Shown: positions 46,316 through 61,000 of the stretch, one piece after another
Layout: each line of letters starts with the position of its first letter
Position numbering within the stretch: the stretch's first letter is position 1
Assembly (NCBI RefSeq): GCF_009914755.1
Contig: NC_060947.1
Reading direction: 5' to 3' (one strand)
Source: the human T2T-CHM13v2.0 reference genome, Homo sapiens
DNA length: 64,000 bases
Program-made: the position numbers and the translations under genes
Notes under the pieces: model-generated
Seen by the model: the letters and a program-made list of their open reading frames with translations, nothing else
What the model was told of the DNA's origin: nothing
Databases searched by the model: none

Positions 46316-47328
46316 TTTTGCAGACAGTCTGCCAGGAGCTTCCAACAGGTCCAAAGTCCTTTCTTCCAAGCCATCCCTTCCCACTGAACCCATGCTGGTT
46401 TGGGTACACCTCTCTTAGGCTTGCTGTAGAGCCTCCTTCAGTATAGTGAGGGGAATCATTTGAGCAGTACGGAATATTGAGGACTTTCAGAGGAGACTTG
46501 GGGATATGGGCTGAGGCCAGAGCAAGCTCTAACCTTTAAGGCAGCCCCCAAATTGACTAGGGCCAGAGGAGCGGGGGTGAGGGAGAGAGGCCTCCTGATA
46601 GAGGATGTTTAGAGCTCCCCCTTGTCCAAAAAGCCCCTAGGAAAGAAAGCTTTCTGGCTGGTAAAGACTCCAGAAAACCTGTCACACAGCAGAACAAAGT
46701 GTTCTTTAAAAACCCTAAAGACTCTCCATGTCCCAGCTGGTCACTTGGAGCAAACACTGCTGGTTAGGGAACTTGTAGTGCTTAGTTGGCAATTAATCAC
46801 TTGGAGCTCTGTGATGTCCCTCATATTGTCCCGGGTTGTTATTTAACTCTAGCTGTGTTTACGCTGCCAGGCAGAGTAGAGCCTCTAAGACAGACTGCAG
46901 ACCAGCCTAGAACACCCTCTTCCTGGTGAGAGAGTCTCTCCTCTCTCTCTTTCTGATCATTTTAATGTTCTTCTTTATATTCTTCTGTATTTTTCCATTT
47001 TTTTTCTATAATGACTACCTTATACTTTCATAACAAGAGAAAAAGGTTAGGGGAATCCCTGACAAAGATGTTCATTGGAATATTATTTATATTAACAGAA
47101 ATTTGAGGACAGAATCAATGTCCAGCAATAAGAACATTGCTAAATAAATTATGATGAATCTATGGGGTGCAAAATTCTGAAGCCATTTAAAGCGAGGCTC
47201 TATAAGAGCATTTAATGATACAGGAAAATGCTCATGGTAGAACATTAGTGAGAAAACAAGCCAGCTTCCAAATTTTTAAAGGGTTTGGTCTAAATTGTGA
47301 TATATGGTAATATGAAAATAAGAGCTAG

Positions 47329-47798
<470 letters not shown>

Positions 47799-47871
47799 TG
47801 AGCACTTACTATGTGCTGTCACTAGCAGGAATCATCTCATTCAGTCAGCACAAAATCCCCATAAGCTACGT

Positions 47872-48058
47872 ACAGTCATCCCTCGGTACCCATGGAAGGA
47901 TTGGTTCCAGGACCCCCCCACCCGCCCCCACCCCTTGGATAACAAAATCCGGGATGCTCAAGTCTCTCATATAAAATAGTATAGTATTTGCATATAACCT
48001 ATGCACATTCTCCTGTACACTTTAAATCATCTCTAGATTACTTATAATACCTACTACA
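47872..48058. mobile_element. MER2 (Tigger) truncated
   Basis: CAGTCATCCCTCGGTACCCATGG..GGATTGGTTCCAGGAC...CTTTAAATCATCTCTAGATTACTTATAATACCTA. Confidence 0.85.
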
Positions 48059-48395
48059 GGCAGGGCACAATGGTTCACACCTGTAATCCTAGCACTTTGG
48101 GAGGCCAAGGAGGGTGGATCACCTGAGGTCAGGAGTTTGAGACCAGCCTGGGTAACATGGTGAAACCCCGTCTCTACTAAAAATACAAAAATTAGCTGGG
48201 CGTGATGGTGCGCTCCGGTAGTTTCAGCTACTCAGGAGGCTGAGGCAGGAGAATCGCTTGAGTCTGGGAGGTCGAGGCTGCAGTGAGCCATGATCATGCC
48301 ACAACGCTCCACCTCCTGGGGGAGAGAGCAAAATCCTGTCTCAAAAAAAAGTAAATAAATAAATAAAAACAAAATCAAAACAAGAATAAAAGCAA
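48059..48395 (+). mobile_element. Alu, no TSD found
   Basis: Dimeric Alu with (TAAA)/(CAAAA) tail. Confidence 0.93.
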
Positions 48396-50359
48396 ATGGG
48401 ACCCCTGGCCAGCAAAACTTCACATACTGGATTTAAGGTTTGAAGCCTTCCCTTTGATCCTCAGACCGGCCTTGTTCTCACTCCTGCTGGTCTGCTTCCT
48501 GGCTCTCCTCCTGGGAAAGCAGAGGGGTAAGTCCCCTGATTCATCCTTGGCAGCTTTTCATCAGTATTTGACCAGACTTCGAAGGTCCGAAATGACGGCT
48601 GGGAGGCGGCTGTTTCCCAAATACAGAGCCATCCTTCCCTCCCTCCCAACCATGTACCGCCCTGGTTTCACTGCTCCAGCATCTGGTGGATACGTTGTCT
48701 TATCCCTAACTAAATCATCCACTGCTCTTGGCACGGACCGTGACTTACACACATCTTGCCGTCACCCACGTCACCCATGGCACCTGGTGTCTTGACACAG
48801 ATAACAGCCTCTGAAAACACACCTACCCATTGGCTGCTCGACACATGGAAGCCCAGAAACAGTGCAGGCAGCTCAGGAGCTTATGGTGGGAGGGAGCCTT
48901 GTGCCAGACCCAGACATCCTACCTGGGTGGAAAGGAATGGAGGGAATACAGTACGCCTCAGATGCTAGCCACCAGATGGGCCCGTTAGAGGCTGTTGAAG
49001 CAAAAAGTAGTGCCAGAAACTCAATTCTAGCAATAGAACCTGGAGATGGGGCCTTTACATTAGGAGATTATCCACAGACTCACAGACATTCAGTCCAAGC
49101 CCCAATGGGATTCACTTTGTCCCTGTGAATGTCAGTCTGTATTTATCAGTTGGTCAACAAATATTTATTGAGGCCAAGGCAGCAAATTATAAGGTACTTG
49201 AGTTGGGATAGAGGCTTGTGGGGGTTGGGGAGGGACAGTGGGCCCTCATTTTCCCCACTCACCCTGCCCTTCGCCCAACCACCACATACACACACTTTGG
49301 AACTTAGGGACTTAGAGATTGGTTCTTGTAGATCTTGGTGGTTTTCATGAACGGTTTACAGTCTGTTGGACAGAGTGGTATGTGGACCATTGTTCCCTGA
49401 TTCCTGTCCCCTCCTGTATTTGAATTATTCACCATACTCCTTGGCATTGATCTTGCAGTTTCTTATACATTTCTCCACCCCTTAACTTTGGGCCTGGACC
49501 TGTAACTTGCTTTGATCAATGAGGTGTTAGTAGATGGGTGGCAAGCAGAGGTTTGCAACGTGCTTGTGAGGTTGGCCTAGCCCAACCTCTTATGCTTCTG
49601 CTGTGTCATGAGAACAGGGCTCAGCTCGACAGCAGGTCCAAGGGGCCGACTCAGGCTTCTCCCCATGGACTTGCCCCCACCTCTGCCTGGCTCTCTGGCT
49701 GCTACAGCAAAGGCACCAGGCTAAGTATTCAAACATCAATGGTTTCATTCAATTCACTCAACAGCTCTAGGAGGCAGGGCCCACTTGACAGATGAGAAAA
49801 CTAGAACACAGTAAAATCACTTGACCAAGGTCACACAGCCAGGAAAAGCCAAGTGAGGATTTGAACTCAGCGGTCGGCTCCAGAACCTTCAAGGTGAGCC
49901 TCCTTTGATTTCTCCTGATCCCTGGGAACCTCATCTACCAGTAGGGTCTGGGCTCCCGAGCCAAGTCCAGGCCAAGGGGAACATTCCTTACTTGTGGCAA
50001 CCTGGTAGTCGTGTCTTATCTTAATCCCTAGCCGGCAAAGACTCTGGAACATTCCTGTTCACTACCACAGCTGCCACCACACTAACCTGCCTCAGAGGCC
50101 CCCATGACACCTTCGGCAGGTACCTAGGATTGACCACCTGGGGGGCCCCACTCTCTCTCACACTGGAATTTGAGCCCTCAGGCAAATAATAAGCTGAACA
50201 TTTTTTCAATCTCCTGCCAGTGCCATGAGCTCCCTCAATTACAGCCACCATTGGCAAGCCCTGGGCCCTTATCTGCAAACCCCTAGGTTCATCACAAGAG
50301 TCTCAGAGCAAAGCTTTCTCAGCCAAGAGCTGCAAACATGATGTCCTGAGCTTAAATTA

Positions 50360-50665
<306 letters not shown>

Positions 50666-50949
50666 AAGTGAGGTCCCTCTTGTCTATCACCCCTGAAATG
50701 TCCCTATAGTTTTCTGACACACATACATTGATACAGATAATGTATACACAGGTGTCATCTTAATTTTGGCCTCAAGGTCTTGAAGGGCTCGGCAGGGCCG
50801 TGGGTGTGGGGACTTATTAGTACTGTCCATTATCATTAGAATAGGAGAGTTATTTTAGGCAAACACTAACTCACACTAAGTCCAGAGGCTGGTGAAATAG
50901 TCCTTCACCTTTCTCATCAAGTCCTTTAAAGTCTATACAAAGCAGATCT

Positions 50950-52360
50950 CTGTGAGTTAGCACAGGGTTTAACTCTGAGTAACAAAGACCAGAAATGAAA
51001 GTGGCTTAAATGAGTCAAAAGTGTATTTCTCACCCAAATTCCCAAGCTAGGTGGTCTGGGGCTGGTGTGGCAGCTGTGGCTGTGCTCCATGAACCCTCAG
51101 GGACTATGGCAGGTAGAATTTTCCAGAACTGGCTACAACAGTATCTCCTGTCCCTCACGCTCTTCTGTATCATGAGCTTGATAGCCCACCAGTGGAGAAG
51201 GGGCGTCTGATTCCCCTCCTAGGTTGAATCTAAGCCAGCTTGTGACTGTTTCGGCCAATAGAATTTGGTAGAGTGATACTGCAAGATTTTTGGGTGGATC
51301 ATAAAAGGTCATATGTTCTCCACCTTGTTCACTGGAATATTCTTGCTTGGGGCTCAGAGCCACCATGTAAGAGATCCAACTACCCTGAGGTTACTATGCT
51401 GTGATGACATCAAGCCACATGGAGAGGCCATGTATAGGTGCCCTGGTTGACAGTCCTAATCTTTGAGCCATCCTCATTCCAGGCTCCAGATGTGTAAGTG
51501 AAGCTGTGTTGGATCTTCCAGACCAGCCATTCAGTCAGCTGAGTACCACTGAGTGACGCCAGTCAACACCACTAGGAACAAAAGCATTGCCCAGCCAAGC
51601 CCTGCCCAGAGTCCTTTCCCACAGAATCTATGAGCACAATAAAATGGTTGTTTGGGATTTTTGAGACAGAGGCTCACTCTGTTCCCCCAGGCTGGATTGC
51701 AGTAGCATGATCTCGGCTCACTGCAACCTCCGCCTCCCATGTTGAAGTGATTCTTGTGCCTCAGCCTCCCGAGTAGCTGAGACTACAGGTGTGCGCCACC
51801 ATGCCTGGCTAATTTTTGTATTTTTGATACAGATGGGGTTTCACCATGTTAACCAAGCTGGTCTCAAACTGGCCTTAAGTGATCTGCCCACCTTAGCTTC
51901 CCAAAGTGCTGGGATTACAGGCGTGAGCTATCACGCCCAGCCCTAAAATGGTTGTTTTAAGCCACCAACTCTGCAGTAGTTTGTTACACACCGAAAGTAA
52001 CTGGGACAGAAATTCTGGTTCCATCCAGCTCATTGTTCTGCCACAGCTAGGAGTGACCTTGTCCTCATTATCCAAAATGGTGTCTGGAGCTTCAGCCATT
52101 ACATCTGCATTCCAGATGGTAGGATATTGGGAGGGATGAAGGAAAAGGGCAAAGGGTGTGACACAGCTCTCTCTTAAGGAAGTTCCTGGAGGATGCCTCA
52201 GGACATGAAATAAAATTGGCTAGTATTTAGTCATGTAGCCATACCTAGCAATAAGAGAAGCTGGGAAACATTGTCTTTATTCCAGATGAGTGTATGCCCA
52301 ACTAAAAATCAGGGGTTCTATTACATAAGAAGATGAAGAAAATAAACACAACAGTCTGCC
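50950..52360. mobile_element. Nested MaLR LTRs: MLT1G-like (+, ~51105-52008) inside an older MLT1 (-), with a reverse Alu at 51654-51942
   Basis: CTTGTGACTGTTTCGGCCAATAGAAT...TAAAATGGTTGTTT|Alu|TAAAATGGTTGTTTTAAGCCAC (TSD 51640-51653 and 51944-51957). Confidence 0.75.
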
Positions 52361-52531
52361 ACAGCATCCCCAAATGCCCTTGCTCTCTCCCTCCTCTCCC
52401 AGAGCCCCCGTATTTATTTATATACACTGTCAGCCTAGCCCAGGGTCCTAACATGAATATCAAGAAGTGAGTATCTAAAAGACAAATGAGTGTTTCTCCA
52501 GCTAATACTGAAGATCCCTCTCAAAGCATAA

Positions 52532-52885
<354 letters not shown>

Positions 52886-53544
52886 TAAGGATGAGGAAAG
52901 ATGGTAGGGGTCTGGGGCCAGGGGGAATAGGGATCCTGGCCAGCCCCATATATTAATTAATGAAGCAACTGTTAGTGTGTCCAACACTGGCTCCTCTAAT
53001 CCTTGCCCTAAAACATGGCACTACGATTACATTCAGTTAGCAGATGGGGGAAAAAAACAGACTCAGAAAGCTTAAGTGACTCACCCCAAGTCACACAGCT
53101 AGAAGTGGCAAGGACAGCAGGGCTGGTGTGGCAGCTGTCACAGCTCACCCCTGAGCACAAGGTCAGGTGCCAAGTTCCTGGTGGTGGCTCTTTAAACAGC
53201 AAGTCCCAGCATGTCCCCTGTCACCGGGTCTGCCTGTGGTCTGCAGCCTCCCTTGTGGAGACCCTGCTTGTCTGTCTTCCCTGCACCCACAGGAACAGGA
53301 TCGTTTGTGAGCATGCCTGAGGGAAGCCAGGGTTGTGTTAAACTGTGGCTACAGCCGAGACCCGTGGACATTGTTCTCTTTCAGTTTGGAACTGGGCCTC
53401 ACTCCAGAGCTCGGTGCCTGAGCCTGAGCCTCCACTCAGAGACAAGCTCATCAGCTGCAAGACAGTCAGGGAGGTGCAGGCAGCCCCCGCAGCTTGTGAA
53501 TCAGTGAGTGAGCTTAGATATATAAAGAACCCCGGCAAATGATG

Positions 53545-53675
53545 AAAAACTTCTGCAGATGGCTGGTGGTGATGGTAGCACAATGTGAATGTACTGAATG
53601 CCACTCAACTGTACGTTTAAAAATGGTTAAAATGGTAAATGCTATGTTATGCATATTTTATCACAATAAAAAAAC
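53545..53675 (+). mobile_element. L1M extreme 3' end
   Basis: AATGTGAATGTACTGAATGCCACT...AAAAATGGTTAAAATGGTAAAT...CACAATAAAAAAA. Confidence 0.8.
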
Positions 53676-54137
53676 ACCCCAAAACTTAGTGGCTTAAAAG
53701 AGCAATCATTTATCAGCCCATGATTCTGCAGATCTGCAATTTGGGCTGGGCTGGGTTGGGCAGTTCTTCTGCTGGACTCACCTGTGACCAGCTGGCAGGT
53801 CACCTGGGAACCGAATGGTCTAGGATGGCCTCATGCAGTGTGTCTGGTGGTTGGTGCTGGTTGTCAGCTGGGTGGCAGTGGTGACTGGGCCACATACCTC
53901 CACCTGCCTAACCCAGGCACATTCACATGTTGGCAGTTGTAAGGGTCCCAAGAACAGCGTGAGAGGGCAAATCTCAATGCACAAGCACTTTTCAAACCTC
54001 TGCTAATCATGGTTGATGGTGTCCCATTGGCCAAAGCAAGTCACCTGGCCAAACCCACAGTCAGTGTGGGAGGGAACTACACCAGGGACTGAATCCAAGG
54101 AGGTGTGAGCAAATGGAGTCACTACCACCAGTCACAC
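53676..54137 (-). mobile_element. MLT1 LTR hosting MIR1587
   Basis: CCCCAAAACTTAGTGGCTTAAAA...CCCATTGGCCAAAGCAAGTCAC.TGGCCAA.CCCA. Confidence 0.8.
53740..53792 (+). ncRNA. MIR1587: miR-1587 precursor; mature sequence 53741-53760
   Basis: TTGGGCTGGGCTGGGTTGGG is the hsa-miR-1587 mature sequence as recalled, followed by CAGTTCTTCTGCTGGACTCACCTGTGACCAGC. Confidence 0.85.
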
Positions 54138-54789
54138 AACTTGTCCATGAGTTATTGTTGCAACTATCAAGCCTGGGTGACTACACAGGTGCATTAATTT
54201 TCAAAACAGAAAAGAAAGCTGGTTGCCCAAATCAGCATCTACTTTAGCCATTGAAGACACGAGATGGCCCCAGGCAGGAGTGCAGTTTTCAAAAATGAAG
54301 GGAACATTCTAGCATGACGTCGTCTCTTGGAGATCCAGAACAGAACCCACATCCCCAGCTCTTGGGGCTTTCTGTGAAGTTTCGGAGAGCAAGCAGGGTG
54401 CCCCCAGCTCTTCCTGGTTGGTGGAAGCGCCAGCCTCTCCAAGTGCATCCACTTCTTAAAGGCAAATCGTGATTCCCAGGCCCTGCCCCATCAACACAGA
54501 TATGCTAAAAGCAGGGTTTGAACTAGAGATGGGTGGTGAGAACCAGGCCAAAAAATGACTCCTTCCGCAGTGTACTGGATTTCCTTTCTGCCCTGTCCCC
54601 GGATAGAGCCCCAGAGGAGAACGGCTGTTTGCTTTCTTTCCAAAATGAGCTCAACTTTCCTTTGGGAAGAAGGAGGTGGAGTTGTCCTGCCCCCATTACT
54701 GAGCAATTCAAGAATGGAGGGCCAGCCTCTATACCCCGCCGGCTGACAAGGAGGGCAGCCATACCCACACAAGAGTCAGACAGTCTGGG

Positions 54790-54965
54790 TGACCCCATCA
54801 ATCACCCCTGTGTGACCTTGAGCAAGTTACTTAGCCTCACATGGTCAGTTTCCTCATAGAAGTGCAACAACGACAAGATTAACCCCTCTTGAAGGGCCAT
54901 CATGAGGATCCTATGCCCTAGCTCTTGCATGAGACAGTCCAGAGCACATAGAAGATGCTTACTAG
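54790..54965 (+). mobile_element. MIR
   Basis: CTGTGTGACCTTGAGCAAGTTACTTAGCCTC...CAGTTTCCTCAT. Confidence 0.75.
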
Positions 54966-57599
54966 CCACAGCTTGTCTTTTACGGTGGCTCTCTCCCAAG
55001 CCACAGGAGAAGAAAGCTTCTATGAGCTAGGCCAGGGTAACAGACCAACAAGGTCATTTGCAAACCCACATCTGGGCAGCAAATCTCACAGCCCTCCTTT
55101 CATCCAAAGGGCTTGATCATGGCAGCGGTGCTTCCACCCCCCTGACGCAAGAGAGACTCCCTCTGCCTTCCCCCGAAGCCATCACTAAGTCTCCACCTAA
55201 CATTGTGTAAGGATGTCCCAACCATCCCTCCAAACCCTACTTCCACTGGCTGTGACAGGTGGCCAGACAGGAAGGAGGTATTACCTTGGTGTGAGAGTGG
55301 AGGGTTACAAGCTACCTTCAGGGTGCTACCTTGCAGGTTTCAGAAAACAGGCCAAGCCGCAACCCCATACACCACCTCTCCAGCATGCGGAAGCCGTGCT
55401 GCTGAAAGCATTTTGATTTTCCTCTTCCCTTGGCTTATCCTCTCCCCCTCAAATGCCATCTGCGGGGGAAATAGAAACAAGAGAGCATTTTAAAGACTTC
55501 TTGTGGTCTAAAAGCAGCAGTCCTCCAGGATGAAGCATCCTTAGGAAACCAATGACTGATTCTTTCAACCCTATTCCATGAAGCAGAACCCCCAAATCGT
55601 CCCCCTCTGATTTTACATCCCCTTGAGTTTGCCAGATTTTACCACCCAGCATCCTCCAGTGTCCCAAGCAGACCCGCAGCACACACCTGATTAAGCAGGT
55701 GCCAGACCCCCCCACCCTCACCCCGGGGCAGGTTTTGCGTGTTGACTCTCTCGGAACACTGCCCCTACCTGGTTCAGCTGGTTTATTGCAAGTTAATTGG
55801 TCTCATCCCTTCCCACTCCCCAACTCCATCACCCTTGGTTATTTATTGCTATGTACCAGTTACATAATGTTTTCTCTTTCGTTCATGAGGTAACAAAAAT
55901 GTCTCTGCCTTTTTATTTTTTCTTAGACAGGGCTGGAGGGAGGAAAACAAGGGGTGACCCAGAAGTCTGCATGTCACCCTGGCCCTGAGGAACACTTAGA
56001 GATTCCCTCGCTTGGGTTCTGCCCCAGAGGATGGAAGAGATGAACTGCCACCTTTACCAGTCAAGCTGAGAAGGCTGCAGGCCCTCTGAGGTTCTGGGTG
56101 GGCTCCCGGCCTCCCCCTGGCTAGGGAAATATGGCCATTGGTAAATTGGGGAGAGAGGTACATGGACACAGGGCTGGGGTGAGGGGGCAGTAAAGGACCC
56201 TGATAAATCTGTCCTGGCTTTAAAGCTCCAAATAGGAGCTTGCCTTCATGGGCTCCTTCCTCCAGGTTCAGAAACCTGGACAAATAGCTCCCCACTTCCC
56301 AGGGTCAATGACCAAATCTGGATGGAGGGGGAGGGGAGAGCAGGCTGGGGGTGTGGGGGGTGGCGGTGCTGCTACCGCTGCTGCTGCAGCCCCCTGTGTA
56401 TAAAACTCCCTTTGTATGCAGGTCGCCGGCTGCTCCCCATGCCAGGTGCAGCTGCCAGGATTCTCAATGCGGTTTGAACACAATTTGCCAGTGTTGGTTC
56501 AGCTCCGCTGGCTTCCAGTTGGGGGGCCATATGCTGTCTTTAATCTGCCTGTGCAATTCTCACCGATGTCAATAGGCGCGGGCGGGTGGGTGGTTCAAAT
56601 GGCCCGAGAGCTGGGACTGGGGTGGTGCTCTCCCTGCTGCCAGGCGGCCTAGCTCTCCACCCCACCAAGGACCACCAGCGGGTCCTTGCAGGAGGCCATG
56701 GCAGCAGGCGGCAGGGACAGGCAGGGCCCAGTCACTGGCAGCTGCCCCTGTGTTTGGCTATGGCGCGTGGGAGCCTCTCTGTTCGGCCATCCCCAGAGCC
56801 ATCATTGAGCCTTCCCCTCGACAGAGATCCCTGCCAAGGAAGTCGGCCAGGGAGGTGCCAGCGCTCAGTCCAGACTTCACATTTCCCTCATTCTTTCTTT
56901 AATTGGATTTTTGGTCCTGCTGGGCAAAATAAGCTTTCCACTGGCAAAACACTCTTGCCTCTTCGGAACGCGCGGTGGTGCCCGGCGGCTCTAGGCAGAT
57001 CGTCGCCTGCCTCCCCCACCAACGCATTCATTCCCTCTCCCCAGGGACACAAGAGAGCTTGGCGTGCACACACATGCACTCACACACACACACATCCCCT
57101 CTGCCAGGTCCAGGCAAAGTCAGCCTCCCTCCAAGAACTTGATGGAGAGATCTTTGCAAACAGTTACTCTTGCTTACCAGGTCACGATCCCACATGGAAT
57201 GGCCCGGAGTCGGGTGCTGTGGTTGGAGCTGGGGCTGTTGGGCGGGCATCAGGCCCTGGCCCAGCTGTTGGCTGCCCTCTCCGTGGCTGGGCTGCCCCCT
57301 CCCCTTGTAGTTAGTCCCTCCTTCCCTGAAGCCCTGAAAGTCCCAATTCTGTTACTCAGACACAGATTAAGGTGCCAAGAAGCAATCTTCTGTCTTTCCT
57401 TGACAATCGGACAGGCAAGCTAGGCCTTCGTGTGTGTTTGGGGTGGAAGTGTGTGGTGGTCGTGGGTTGGGGAAAGGCTGACGGAGGAGCAGGCAAGCAA
57501 GCTGGAGTCGGACTGAGAATGTCATTCAGAGAAGTGGCATTTTACTAGCAGCACTCAACATGAGATATTTAGATACTCTTACATCTTGGACTGAGCATT

Positions 57600-57775
57600 A
57601 GGGAAGAAAGGGAGAGGGGGAGGAGAGAGAGGGAGAGTGGAAGAAGGAGGACCAGGAAGGGAGGAGGGGAGAAGAAAAAGAAAGGAAGGAGAAGTGGGGG
57701 AGAACAGAGTGGGGAGGATGAAGAGGAAAAGGGGAGGAAGGAGAGGAAGAAGAGGGGAGGAAGGGCAAGAAAGAG
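57600..57775 (+). repeat. GA-rich low-complexity polypurine tract
   Basis: About 175 bp almost entirely A/G. Confidence 0.9.
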
Positions 57776-59152
57776 CCACCCCCAACTCTCACCCGCCTTT
57801 ACAAGAGGTGTGTTTTAAATCCTCACAGGCAGCTGTGAGGACCAGCAGAGCTAGCCCCTAGCCTCTCCCAGGTTTAGCCAGGCACGTTAAGGAAACCCTG
57901 CATCCCCAGACACTCTCAGAGCTTTCAGTGGCCAAGGGAACCCAGCAGTCCTCTCTCCATCTCTGGGATCCCGCATTCCACACCCCGCCCCCCACCCGCC
58001 ACTGGCTGGGCCTTCCCATCCAGTGCCTGAGAGTATTACAGACCTCATCCCCGGGTAGTTAAGGTGCCTATTAAAATACACCAAGCTCAGCCCCAACAGC
58101 AGGCCAGAAAGCTGCTGATGGTCAAATACATCACAATATTTCAAAGTCCCTGTTAACAAGCACCCATTAAAATTTGACAACCAAGTAGTATCGCAGAAAG
58201 CGCTCATTCTGAAAAAAACGTGAGAGCTTTCTGCTGCTTCAGCAAGAGAAGGCTGGTTTACCTGTTCCTTGCATTTTAAGCCCGGGAGCACGAGGCCTTC
58301 CTGTCGGGGTGCTGCCTGGTTAAAGGAACACTGGGTGTTTATTCGCCAGGCCACATCTGAACCCGGCTTGTTAATGAGTCTGCTGTTGTAGGCTTGCTGT
58401 CGGTCAGCCTGCCTTTTTTTAATCAAAAGATAAAACAAGTCGGTTATCCAGGATTAATGACTCTTAGAGCATCCATATGAGGCTTGTATTTATCTTTTAA
58501 AAGAAAACAGAAGGAAGAAAAATGACCAGATTTTGTTTCAGTAAGCAGTTTAAATCTGCTCTGGTAAGTTGAATTCATTCATTCATTAATTCAGTCATGT
58601 GTCTGGGAGAAGCCAGCAGGAGCCCCTTCCATCATAAGAACTTCTGACTGTGAAATAAACCCCGAGTAACCAGATTAACTATGAAGTATGTCTCCGTCAG
58701 GTTTTAGGCATTAGTTCAAGTGTAATTTCTGTGCATTTCGGCTTATTGCAGCGAGTTGCCCATTCTGGTATTCCAGGCAGCTCTTCAGGAGGAGAAAGGG
58801 TCTCTGTTTCCCCTCTCCAGCTTCAAAACAGCTCGTGTATGCAATGACAATATTGCCCAGTGTTGTTTTAACTGGGAATATCAATATTTTAAATAAATTC
58901 CCATATGACTCATATAGCTTTGCATAGCACAGAGTGTATGAATGTCTCTTCACCTCTGAACATGCAGAGGTATATATGCACATACCGGCACGTGTGTGCG
59001 CACACACACCCATATCACATATACATATATGTGACCATGCAGAGCATATGGCTACCGAAATACTCATTTTAAACAGTTTGAGGGCTTCGTTTACAACATA
59101 TATTATAAAATTGGTATCTTTTATTTAGCATCCCTAGATACAGTTTGGCCAT

Positions 59153-59156
<4 letters not shown>

Positions 59157-59202
<46 letters not shown>
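59157..59202 (+). repeat. (CA)23 microsatellite
   Basis: Perfect dinucleotide run. Confidence 0.98.
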
Positions 59203-59204
<2 letters not shown>

Positions 59205-60009
59205 ATTGGCCTTGCTCTCACTCGAACTGGGCCCTGCTGTTTTCTAAGTTGGCTGTCTTCATACGGGCCTCCTTCTTTTTATTCTCCATCCTTTTCTGAA
59301 AGTCTATATGCTCTGGTGTAGGAGAGCTAGTACTCTTGCATGAGGACACTTGAAATCACAGCCAAAAATGTCAAGGCGCTCCTTCTCACATCAGCAACAA
59401 TGGCACACACTCAGGTTACAATGCGGCCCATTTTGGAAAGTAAATGATGTTTCCGGTGCTGCAGCACATCATTCTCTGGCTTCAAAGAAAGGCAAATACT
59501 CATTCTGGAGTAGGCTGGGGATCAAAAACAAATTCAGAAAACCCTAGTGAGGATCTGTCTACTGTAGTTTCACCTCTTTGGGTCTCCTGGCTCTTCCTCA
59601 CCGGCAACATGGTAGTATTAACATCTGATCTACCGCCCCACTGGGGAGAAAAGGAAATTGGATTTAAAGGAAATGCTTCAAGGGGATTATTTCTGGGTGG
59701 GGTAACTAACAGTTCAGTTCCCATGGGAAGGATGTCACGTGGAGGACCTGAAACCTGTGCTGTTGTGCCGAGATTCATGTTCTGACTCCTGTGTTAGGCA
59801 GAGAGGCTGTTGGGAGTGGGAATGTGGAGAAGAAATCCTGGTGAGAGGTTCTAGAAGCCTTGTTCTCACTAATAAAATGGTGAAGCCCCAGAAAAGCTTC
59901 TAGTCAATTTCACCAGGAGGGAGTTGGAATGCAGATGAGGGGCCATTCAGCAGGCACCGTGCCAACCATTCCTTCTAGTGAGCAAAACTTTCAAAATAGT
60001 ACAGGGCTT

Positions 60010-61000
<991 letters not shown>

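Noticed and set aside
56586-57314. 242-aa ORF (also 24828-25451, 57887-58438, 61661-62167)
   Set aside because: Non-ATG starts and no recognisable protein similarity; the 242-aa frame runs through a CA repeat.
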